A DNA stretch of 64,000 nucleotides from Pyrinomonadaceae bacterium. GTDB lineage: Bacteria > Acidobacteriota > Blastocatellia > Pyrinomonadales > Pyrinomonadaceae. The stretch lies in the NCBI GenBank assembly GCA_014380365.1, contig JACMJZ010000032.1:104860-168859 (forward strand), in the 5' to 3' direction. Below, one piece after another: positions 46,348 through 54,258 of this stretch (position 1 is the first letter of the stretch; each line of letters opens with the position of its first letter). A program made the position numbers and the translations under genes. The notes beneath the pieces were generated by a model. The model saw nothing but the letters and a program-made list of their open reading frames with translations, did no database searches and had not been told where the DNA came from.

Positions 46348-48954
46348 ATGCCCATTGAAGTCACATCTTTACCCAGGCAGGCTGGAATTCGCAGCCTGCG
46401 CAAGTTCCTCCGACGGGTGCTGGCCCGCGCTCTACACCCCCTGGCCTACTCTTTCAGACACGCCGTCCCGTTGAGTAAACGGCAACTCCTCCTTCGCTCA
46501 GTTCCAGGCCTGCTGGCGATAGCCCTCGTAGCGGGGGGCGACACGTTGCTGCGCTCGTATAAGTATTACTCACGAATCATCGATGCTCGCCTGGCTTCGG
46601 GATACCTGACCAGCCGCCCTGGGCTCTATGCGGCGCCGCGCACGATTCAGGTCGGCCAAAATATTTCACGCTCGCGGTTGATCGACGCGTTACTGCGCGC
46701 GGGCTATGCGGAGTCTGTAACCGGCCTTACGAATCCTGTTGCCCATCCTATTGCCAATATCGTCTGGAACGGCAGCTTCAGCCAAACAGAGGCAGCCATC
46801 GAAATTTGTCCAGCGCGGAGAAGCAAACGGCCCGCGGTCATTCGCGCAACCTTTGGCGGCGCCGAGAACCAGAACACAATCTCGGAATTGACCGGCGACG
46901 ATTTGCCGCTCGACTCATTCACCCTCGAGCCCGAAGTTCTCTCCAACGATCTTTCCTACAAAACCGGAAAACGCGAGACCGTGCGCTACTCCGATCTCCC
47001 CCCGGTTCTTGTCCAGGCAATCCTGTCGATCGAAGATCGCAGATTCTTCCAACACTCGGGTTTAGACCCTATGGGAATTGGCCGCGCCCTGTTGCGTAAT
47101 GCCGGCGATGAACGCGTGGGCCAGGGCGGTTCAACGATAACCCAGCAGCTGGTGAAGAACACTTACCTGACTCCGGAGAGAACGCTGCGACGCAAGTATG
47201 CCGAGGCCATGCTGGCCTTTGCGCTCGAGCGACGGCTCACGAAACAGGATATTTTTGCGCTTTATTGCAACGAGGTTTATCTCGGGCAACGCGACGCGGT
47301 TGCTGCACGCGGCGTGCGAGAGGCAGCGCACATTTACTTTGGCAAGGAACTGAAAGACCTCTCGCTCGGCGAAGCTGCAACACTCGCGGGAATGATTCAG
47401 GGCCCGGTGCGCTATTCTCCTGTGCGTCATCCGGAAGCAGCGCAGCAGCGTCGAAACCTCGTGCTCAAGTCGATGGTCCGCGACGGTTGGATCGATGCCG
47501 CGCAATCGGCCGAGCTCTTGCCGGAACGTGTGGTTGTTTCCCCCGCGTCCGTCTCAAACAATTCGCTGGCGCCTTTCTTCGTCGACTACGTCGATCGAAC
47601 GATGGAGACACTGGGGGAGACCGTGGGGCGGTCGCATTCGGAGTCGACGGATGTCTCAGCTGCCAGCCAGCGAGTTTACACAACCATCGATCTCGATCTG
47701 CAGCGACTGGCCGAGAGTGCGATTAAGAAGCAACTTGTCCGCCTCGACGCTGTGTACAAAAGTCGAAACGTAAAGCCGCAGGCAGCTCTCGTTGCCCTCG
47801 ATCCGCGAACAGGAAACGTAGTGGCGATGGTGGGAGGGCGCGATTATGCCCGCTCCCAACTCAACCGCGTGACCGACGCGCGTCGCCAGCCGGGTTCAAC
47901 GTTCAAGCCTTTCGTCTATGCGGCCGCTCTCGAAGATGGCATGTCGCCGGTGCAACAGTTCGCCGATGCGCCGCGCGAATTCGTCTATGACCGAAACAAG
48001 ATCTACCGTCCGGCAAACTTTGGTGGCGGCTATTCCATGCGCGACGTGACCATGCGCGATGGCCTGGTGCGATCTTTGAATACCGTCACTGTAGATGTGG
48101 CGATGCAGACGGGTTTGGCCCGTATCGCCAACCTCGCTGCGCAGTTCGGCCTGCCAAGGCCGGAGCGCTACCCATCGCTGGCGCTTGGCACTGAAGAAGT
48201 AACGCCTTTGCAGCTCGCGGTCGCTTACGCAGCGTTCGTCAACGGCGGCCGGCGTGTTCAACCAAAGGTGATTGCCGCGTTTGGCGAGCCGCTGGCGGCT
48301 GCCTCAATGAGCGAAGAAACAAATAATGAAACAGAGCAGGTTATCAGCCCGACGACCGCCTATATGGTGACCAACATGCTGTCGGCGGTTGTCGATCATG
48401 GAACTGCGCGCGCAGCACGTGGTGCGGTGAAGGGAACTGCCATAGCCGGCAAGACTGGCACCTCGCGCGACGGTTGGTTTGTGGGATACACCCAGAATTT
48501 AGTTTGTGTGGTTTGGATCGGCTTCGACGACAACCAGCAACTCGGTCTTACTGGCGCGGCAGCCGCTCTGCCTGCGTGGACGGATTTCATGAGCGCCGCG
48601 ATTGAGTTGCGACCTGAACTCGGTGGCAGAAACTTTGAATGTCCGGAAGGAATAAACTTCGTGGAAATAGATGCTGATACTGGTCAACGCTCAACTCTTA
48701 CTTGCCCTCATCGCGAACTGATTGCCGTTACCCCGCGACTCCTGCCCAACCTGGAGTGCTTCGAGCATGGCGCCTTCCCGGAGCTGAAGGAACTGGCTCC
48801 AGAGAACCCGCGAGAGACTGAGAATCAAACCGTCCTGGCCCAGCACGCACGTGCTCCATTCAGACTCGTTCGCCCGAGCGACTCCGCCGCCGCCGCCACC
48901 CGAGTCGATGTTGACGCGCGCGGACGTCGAACTCTGGTGAATGCGCTGCGGTAG
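46348..48954 (+). CDS. class A penicillin-binding protein (PBP1A family: transglycosylase plus transpeptidase)
   Basis: SIEDRRFFQHSG, GGSTITQQLVKN, RKYAEAMLAFALE (GT51), then STFKP and KTGTS (transpeptidase). Confidence 0.9.
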   Translation: MPIEVTSLPRQAGIRSLRKFLRRVLARALHPLAYSFRHAVPLSKRQLLLRSVPGLLAIALVAGGDTLLRSYKYYSRIIDARLASGYLTSRPGLYAAPRTIQVGQNISRSRLIDALLRAGYAESVTGLTNPVAHPIANIVWNGSFSQTEAAIEICPARRSKRPAVIRATFGGAENQNTISELTGDDLPLDSFTLEPEVLSNDLSYKTGKRETVRYSDLPPVLVQAILSIEDRRFFQHSGLDPMGIGRALLRNAGDERVGQGGSTITQQLVKNTYLTPERTLRRKYAEAMLAFALERRLTKQDIFALYCNEVYLGQRDAVAARGVREAAHIYFGKELKDLSLGEAATLAGMIQGPVRYSPVRHPEAAQQRRNLVLKSMVRDGWIDAAQSAELLPERVVVSPASVSNNSLAPFFVDYVDRTMETLGETVGRSHSESTDVSAASQRVYTTIDLDLQRLAESAIKKQLVRLDAVYKSRNVKPQAALVALDPRTGNVVAMVGGRDYARSQLNRVTDARRQPGSTFKPFVYAAALEDGMSPVQQFADAPREFVYDRNKIYRPANFGGGYSMRDVTMRDGLVRSLNTVTVDVAMQTGLARIANLAAQFGLPRPERYPSLALGTEEVTPLQLAVAYAAFVNGGRRVQPKVIAAFGEPLAAASMSEETNNETEQVISPTTAYMVTNMLSAVVDHGTARAARGAVKGTAIAGKTGTSRDGWFVGYTQNLVCVVWIGFDDNQQLGLTGAAAALPAWTDFMSAAIELRPELGGRNFECPEGINFVEIDADTGQRSTLTCPHRELIAVTPRLLPNLECFEHGAFPELKELAPENPRETENQTVLAQHARAPFRLVRPSDSAAAATRVDVDARGRRTLVNALR

Positions 48955-49443
48955 CTCTACATCATTTTCAACGTAGCCAACGCAATGTTTCTTCGTTGTC
49001 TAGCAGCGCTTGCGAATGCTGATAAATTCGATCCCCATGTGCCGCTCGCTCTGCGAAATCCACTTCGGAAGCGGTAAGAAATCTCCTCAATCAATAATCA
49101 ATGTCTTTTCCTCCGGAGAAGATATCAGCGCTGGTAGCTCATCCTCCGTCTCGCACTCTGATGGATCTTTGCTTGGGTAATCAGAGACCCGTTCTAACCC
49201 GATGCCGCAACATGTGAATCCCCGTAAATTTTTCGCGATTTATGGATCATGGTGCCGAAAGCGATGCCAGGACTCCACCATGCCCAACTTTTTCGAAAGA
49301 TGCGGCCCGGTCAAGCCCCAGAAACGCGCAAAATTCGGCATCTAGATACCAAATATGTGAGTAATATCAAGTTTGACATGGCTCATTAGTTCGTGTATTG
49401 ATGTCTCGTCTGTTTGTACTTTCTTTCTGGGGCGGAGGGCATT

Positions 49444-50031
49444 ATGAATCACGAAGCCAAAATGAGCCGAAGCAAGAAATCAAGTTTCCAAATGGACGAG
49501 AAGGATGAAGCAATACTTCACTGCCTTGAGCAGACCCCAAAAATACTTCTGAAGAATATTCCAAATGCATTGGTAGCCAGCGGCGGACCTGCCATACCGT
49601 ACACAACTGTGCAGAAGCGAGTAAAGAAGCTCACTGCGAGAAGAATAATTGACCGGCATGTCTCGATAAACTGGGTGGAAGCTGGCTACCTGGTTAGATA
49701 CCGCGTCGGCGTTCTCATAGATCCTACAGCACTCCGCGACAGCGCTATCACGGGAGACAAATATGATTCTCAGCCAAAACTAGCCAATTACATTATGAGG
49801 GATCTTGCGCAGGGTGTTCGGTTCAAGAATAGGCTCGTGGTCGATGACGTCTATATTCTGCTAGGCGGGAGTGTTGACTTGGCAATAGATTTCTACGCTA
49901 GGGACGATAAGACCGCTACCCAATTCATAATAGATGCGTTGAGAAATCTTCCAGGCATCCGGGACACGGTCTCAGCTAAATTGGCTTATTCCACGAAACA
50001 TAGCTGGCTGAGTAAGAACGGAGATGAATAG
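49444..50031 (+). CDS. Lrp/AsnC-like transcriptional regulator
   Basis: MDEKDEAILHCLEQ...TTVQKRVKKLTARRII (HTH_AsnC pattern) and a C-terminal RAM-like half (VYILLGGSVDLAIDFYARDDKTATQFIIDALRNLPGIRDT). A GGAGGG lies 4 nt upstream of ATG 49444. AT-rich gene. Confidence 0.55.
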   Translation: MNHEAKMSRSKKSSFQMDEKDEAILHCLEQTPKILLKNIPNALVASGGPAIPYTTVQKRVKKLTARRIIDRHVSINWVEAGYLVRYRVGVLIDPTALRDSAITGDKYDSQPKLANYIMRDLAQGVRFKNRLVVDDVYILLGGSVDLAIDFYARDDKTATQFIIDALRNLPGIRDTVSAKLAYSTKHSWLSKNGDE

Positions 50032-50159
50032 TTCAAAAGTGTATGCGAATCCCACGCTTCATCAAACGGCTTAACCGTCCGAGTTTTAATATGCGAATCC
50101 GGCAGGTTGGCCACAGTTAAGCAACCCAATTAAGCCAAAGGCTTAGAAAGAGAGACAAC

Positions 50160-50486
50160 ATGAGAAAACTAAGATTGTTAACAATGTCTGTGTTCCTGGG
50201 ATTGAGTGCGTTGATGGTATGCGCAAATCAAACCCTCGGGACCAATCTGAACGCGTGCGAGAGGGGCAACAACATCCTCAACGCTAGCGTGGTCAACAAC
50301 TCCATGAACGTAAACACAGCGAATAGCAACTCCGCGAACGCGAACGGAGACAACAACACCTCCATGAACGTAAACGGAGCGAATAGCAACTCCGCGAACG
50401 CGAACGGAGACAACAACACCTCCATGAACGCCAACGGGAGCATTAGCAACTTCTTGAACGCTAATAGGGAGAACAACAACTCCTGA
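50160..50486 (+). CDS. secreted Asn-rich tandem-repeat protein (108 aa)
   Basis: Signal peptide MRKLRLLTMSVFLGLSALMVCA, then NTSMNVNGANSNSANANGDN repeats. The frame is maintained through a 60-nt tandem repeat. Confidence 0.5.
   Translation: MRKLRLLTMSVFLGLSALMVCANQTLGTNLNACERGNNILNASVVNNSMNVNTANSNSANANGDNNTSMNVNGANSNSANANGDNNTSMNANGSISNFLNANRENNNS
50301..50480 (+). repeat. 60-nt tandem repeat x3 (copies 1 and 2 are 58/60 identical, copy 3 diverged)
   Basis: Copies at 50301..50360, 50361..50420 and 50421..50480. TCCATGAACGTAAAC(ACA/GGA)GCGAATAGCAACTCCGCGAACGCGAACGGAGACAACAACACC. Confidence 0.9.
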
Positions 50487-50677
50487 AGGCGAACGAGATC
50501 AGGACCTGAACCAGTAATTCGCCAGAAGCCTGTGCGTCCTTGCTCATTAGGTTTCGGGCCAATGTGACGGCAAAACACGGAGGTCTTAATGACAATCAAC
50601 CGAGAGATACCAAGGGCGATATATCTTCCGAAATATTGCGACAGTATCTCCCCCAACAAGACGAGGAGGGCTTTCAA

Positions 50678-50776
50678 ATGGACCCATTTGATTTGCTACA
50701 CGCCCTCGTTGCGGCACTTGTGGTAGAGATTCTGCTAGTGCTCAGAGGTTACGTGCGGAACCGAAAGGATCAATAG
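50678..50776 (+). CDS. 32-aa hydrophobic peptide (candidate small membrane toxin)
   Basis: GAGGAGGG lies 7 nt upstream of the ATG. MDPFDLLHALVAALVVEILLVLRGYVRNRKDQ. A terminator hairpin starts 9 nt after the stop. Confidence 0.35.
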   Translation: MDPFDLLHALVAALVVEILLVLRGYVRNRKDQ

Positions 50777-50784
50777 TTCCGGGA

Positions 50785-50813
50785 AAAGGGGCAGTTATCT
50801 GCCTCTTTTCTAT
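50785..50813 (+). terminator. intrinsic terminator-like hairpin
   Basis: AAAGGGGCAG-TTAT-CTGCCTCTTT, then TCTATT. Confidence 0.5.
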
Positions 50814-50886
50814 TGAAAAGCTCGGAACATGAGAAGAGCGCGTAATGTGATTAGACCAGAACGAAACTGTACGACCCCCCCTATAT

Positions 50887-50926
50887 CAAAAGGCCACCGC
50901 AACGCTAAGTCACAGTGGCCTTTTTT
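50887..50926. terminator. bidirectional intrinsic terminator-like hairpin
   Basis: CAAAAGGCCAC-(17-nt loop)-GTGGCCTTTTTT. There is a T6 tract on the plus strand and T4 on the minus strand. Confidence 0.5.
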
Positions 50927-50962
50927 GATAATCAGCCCCCAAGGGGCGATATATCTTCCTAC
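50887..50962 (-). ncRNA. hypothetical ~75-nt sRNA (promoter, 5' antisense box, terminator)
   Basis: Minus strand: TTGACA (50997..50992), 17 nt, TAAATA (50974..50969). The predicted 5' end carries GGAAGATATATCGCCCCTTGG, complementary to 50610..50629. It ends at hairpin 50887..50926. Confidence 0.25.
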
Positions 50963-51033
50963 CAAAGGTATTTACACGAGTCGTCGATACATGTCAATGC
51001 CATATTCCCTTCGGTCCAGTCAGTTGAATCTAA

Positions 51034-51414
51034 TCAAACTCGCTCGAGCACTACATGCACAATTGCGTGTTCGCTGGTGTGGGACATCGACAGGTGGGCG
51101 GCGGTGGCGCCCGACGAGATAAACAATTCCTGCACGCGACCGTGAAAGTTCAATACCGGCGCACCGCTCTCCAGTAAACTGACCTCAACGTCCTGCCAAC
51201 TAATTCCACCGCGCCAGCCAGTTTGAAAAGCTTTTAGCGTCGCTTCTTTGGCGGCGAAGCGCGCGGCATAATGCTGGGCCGCCGTTGCGCCGCGACTTTC
51301 GCAATACGCACGCTCGGCAGCTGTGAACACGCGCTGGGCGAAACGAGGAGTGCGCAGGAGCACTTCGCGAATTCGCGCTACTTCGATAATGTCAATACCA
51401 ATGGAAACGATCAT
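51034..51414 (-). CDS. acpS: holo-[acyl-carrier-protein] synthase
   Basis: MIVSIGIDIIEVARI...FAAKEATLKA...HLSMSHTSEHA. Confidence 0.9.
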   Translation of the reverse strand: MIVSIGIDIIEVARIREVLLRTPRFAQRVFTAAERAYCESRGATAAQHYAARFAAKEATLKAFQTGWRGGISWQDVEVSLLESGAPVLNFHGRVQELFISSGATAAHLSMSHTSEHAIVHVVLERV

Positions 51415-52291
51415 AGGTGATAACGAACTAGAGAGTGCTGGTTTTTACTGGCGCACGGTTGACGGCGTAACCGCCCTCGTTTGCGCGCCGCTTGAACAAG
51501 CCGGTTTCACTAACGGATTTTCAACTCGCGGCGGCGGCACGAGCCCCATGCCCGAGAACGCGCTCAACCTCGCCGGTTTCCACGAAGATGCGGCGGAAAA
51601 CATTCTGGAGAATCGCCGCCGCTTTCTCAAGCTTTTTCCGGGCGAGTGGGCGCTGGCCGGGTGTTGGCAGATGCATGGCGTTGACGTTCGCGCTGTGAAG
51701 GATCGCGACGATGCCAAGCCCGCTGAAGACGGGACAGGTGAAACAATCTATTGTGATGCGATCGTCAGCAACGCTCCTCACGTTCTGGCCGGTGTGAAGA
51801 CTGCGGATTGCGTGCCGCTGTTGATTGGCGACCAGCGTACGGGTGCGTTTGCAGCGGTGCATGCTGGTTGGCGTGGCACGTTTGCCGGAGTTGTTTTCTA
51901 CGCGCTGGAGCGGATGGGCCACGAATACGGCGCGCGACCGGAAGATGTAACGGTTGCTATTGGTCCGGCGGCGGCCGCGTGTTGCTACGAAGTGGGTGGC
52001 GAAGTGATTGAAGGATTCAAAGAGCGTTTTGCTGACGCTGATAGCCTTTTAACTCCGACACGCGACGGCCACGCCTGCATCGATCTGCTTAAGGCCAATC
52101 GCGATCAGTTGATCTCATCCGGCGTAGATCCTAAACGGATCTACACAGCTCCGCTCTGCACGATGTGTCGCACGGATCTGTTTTTTTCCTATCGACGCGA
52201 GAAGAAGACGCTGGGGAAGGTTGGGCGGCTGATGTCAGTTGTCGGACGGACGACCGATGACGGCCGACCCGCGTCCGAAGACATTGAATAG
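51401..52291 (+). CDS. pgeF: peptidoglycan editing factor PgeF (YfiH/DUF152 laccase-domain protein)
   Basis: FSTRGGGTS...NLAG, TADCVPLL, AVHAGWRGT and CTMC...FFSYRR. The start is uncertain; ATG 51401 overlaps the divergent acpS start by 14 nt. Confidence 0.85.
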   Translation: METIIGDNELESAGFYWRTVDGVTALVCAPLEQAGFTNGFSTRGGGTSPMPENALNLAGFHEDAAENILENRRRFLKLFPGEWALAGCWQMHGVDVRAVKDRDDAKPAEDGTGETIYCDAIVSNAPHVLAGVKTADCVPLLIGDQRTGAFAAVHAGWRGTFAGVVFYALERMGHEYGARPEDVTVAIGPAAAACCYEVGGEVIEGFKERFADADSLLTPTRDGHACIDLLKANRDQLISSGVDPKRIYTAPLCTMCRTDLFFSYRREKKTLGKVGRLMSVVGRTTDDGRPASEDIE

Positions 52292-52351
52292 ACTTTTGAC
52301 GATCTGGGGATCACCTATCGTCCGTCGGCGGTCATCGGTCGCCGGTCGTAG

Positions 52352-52861
52352 TCATTCAATTTTCAGCCACAACTTTTCTTCTTTAGTCTGCGGCGGAAAA
52401 CAAACCTCATCGTCGCAGCTTTGATATCTCACTTTTGCTTTTATCTCCGCCGTACCGGTGGCAAAGTTTCGCGGCACCATTACGCTGAAGCGCATCGTCA
52501 CCCGTCCCTCGTATACCGCGACTCTGTTCCTGGAAAACTTCAGGTTGCGCAATAGTGCACGCGGATAAGTCACCGGCCCCACCCGCAGACCGTTCGGCGC
52601 TTCAACCTGAAGTTGGGTGGCAATCAGAAACCTCTCCAGAGGTTTATTCGAATGAACGTGGAACCCGCGTGGAATTTCCATCACCACCGTTGCCTGCGCG
52701 GTTCGCCCACGGCCGACCTTAGCCGGTGTAAAATTTCCCTTGATGGATATGTTTGGCTGGGCGTTTGCCGTCGCCGCCGAATAGAAACCGCCGGAGAAAA
52801 GTGTGAAGACCGCTAATAGAAGAAAGCGTTTTGCTGAATGGTTGAATCTTGATGGCTGCAT
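52352..52861 (-). CDS. DsbD N-terminal-domain-like periplasmic thiol-disulfide protein
   Basis: Signal peptide. HVHSNKP and YQSCDDEVCFPP motifs typical of the DsbD alpha domain. GAGGA upstream of ATG 52861. Confidence 0.7.
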   Translation of the reverse strand: MQPSRFNHSAKRFLLLAVFTLFSGGFYSAATANAQPNISIKGNFTPAKVGRGRTAQATVVMEIPRGFHVHSNKPLERFLIATQLQVEAPNGLRVGPVTYPRALLRNLKFSRNRVAVYEGRVTMRFSVMVPRNFATGTAEIKAKVRYQSCDDEVCFPPQTKEEKLWLKIE

Positions 52862-52880
52862 CGGTTCCTCGATTATTTGT

Positions 52881-53987
52881 TTAGTTAACCTGGGCCAGAA
52901 CTGAATTGATGTTTGGCGGCGGTGGATTAGTATCCCGCCGGGCGGCAAGTTGGCCGCAGGCGGCAAAGATGTCGCGGCCCCGCGGCCTGCGGACGAAACT
53001 GCGCACGCCCTTCGACTCAAGGACTGACTGAAACTGCGTCACCCTTTCAGCGGGCGACGGCTGATAGGGCAGCGGGTCCGCCGGGTTATGGGGAATCAAA
53101 TTCACTTTCGCGTGGAGAGCATGGCGGTTGAGCAGGTTGGCGAGTTGCCGCGCATGCTCATCTGAGTCGTTGATGCCATCGAGCAGGACATACTCAACCG
53201 TAAATCGCTCGCCCGTTTTTAGTGTCTTCTCAAACTCCTTACACGCGCCGAGTAATTCCTCGAGCGGCCATTTCTTGTTGATGGGCATTAGCTCGTTGCG
53301 CTGTTCATTGGTTGGCGCGCCCATCGAGATCGCCAGGTGCGGGCGGTCGGGAATCGTCGCCAGCTCGAGAATGCGAGGCACAACTCCGGCCGTTGAAATC
53401 GTCACCCGATTGGGGACGATGAATAACCCTTGTGGGTCAGCCATAACTCGCAACGCTTTGATGAGTTCATCGAAGTTAAGAAACGGTTCGCCCGCACCCA
53501 TGCCGACGAGGTTGGTGCCCCGGGGCGGCTTCACCCCAACACCGTAGGCGTCGTTGAGCGCGATGATTATCTGTTCCACGATTTCGCCGGCGGTTAACGA
53601 ACGAAGCAAACCCAATTGGGCCGTAAGGCAAAAAGTGCACTGGAGTGGGCAGCCGGATTGGGACGAAAAACAGATTGTGTCGCGATGTTCTTCGGGAATG
53701 AAAACCGTCTCGACGGGAAGATTGTCGTGCGTCTTCATCAAAAAGCGACGTGTTCCGTCGTCAGAGATGTAACGCGATTCAACCGTGAGCGTCGCAGCAG
53801 AGGCCGTTTCGTTTAGCCGCGTTCGCAGGTGCTTAGGGAGATCTGACATTTCATCAAACGATCGCAATCTTCGCTGGTGTAACCCGCCGAAGACCTGGCG
53901 TGCGCGATAGGCAGGTTCACCCATTCCTTCCATGAAGGAGACCACGCCTGACTGGCTCAAACCCATTAGCTGAACGCGACTTTCCAT
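52881..53987 (-). CDS. rlmN: 23S rRNA/tRNA (adenine-C2)-methyltransferase RlmN (radical SAM)
   Basis: YRARQVFGGLHQ..., SSQSGCPLQCTFCLT (CxxxCxxC), GMGEPFLN and AACGQL. Start taken at ATG 53987. Confidence 0.9.
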   Translation of the reverse strand: MESRVQLMGLSQSGVVSFMEGMGEPAYRARQVFGGLHQRRLRSFDEMSDLPKHLRTRLNETASAATLTVESRYISDDGTRRFLMKTHDNLPVETVFIPEEHRDTICFSSQSGCPLQCTFCLTAQLGLLRSLTAGEIVEQIIIALNDAYGVGVKPPRGTNLVGMGAGEPFLNFDELIKALRVMADPQGLFIVPNRVTISTAGVVPRILELATIPDRPHLAISMGAPTNEQRNELMPINKKWPLEELLGACKEFEKTLKTGERFTVEYVLLDGINDSDEHARQLANLLNRHALHAKVNLIPHNPADPLPYQPSPAERVTQFQSVLESKGVRSFVRRPRGRDIFAACGQLAARRDTNPPPPNINSVLAQVN

Positions 53988-54053
53988 TTTCACGATTCTA
54001 ACATTCGCCCTCGCGCACGCCGAATGTGCCTTCGAGTCGTACTGATGCAATTT

Positions 54054-54127
54054 GGCTTTGCGGTCTTTGCGCGCTTTGCGGTTTCGCAGTTTGTTTTACC
54101 GCAAAGGACGCCAAGAACGCGCAAAGA
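54054..54127. repeat. hairpin of CTTTGCG/CGCAAAG words
   Basis: TCTTTGCGCG (54064..54073) pairs with CGCGCAAAGA (54118..54127). CTTTGCGG (54074..54081) pairs with CCGCAAAG (54099..54106). Lies upstream of rlmN. Confidence 0.65.
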
Positions 54128-54258
54128 AAGACAGATTCAATCCAGCGAATCCTGAGTCCTGCTATGAAATCACGCGCAGGATGCGCGAGCCACGTGAAAA
54201 AGGGTGAGTGGATCAGTTCGTGATCCATTCACCCTTTGGTTAGTTGTTCCTGGCTGAT

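Noticed and set aside
51401-51414. 14-nt head-to-head overlap of the acpS and pgeF start regions
   Set aside because: This is most likely just start-codon ambiguity for pgeF, since no alternative in-frame ATG, GTG or TTG was seen nearby. I do not treat it as a biological feature.
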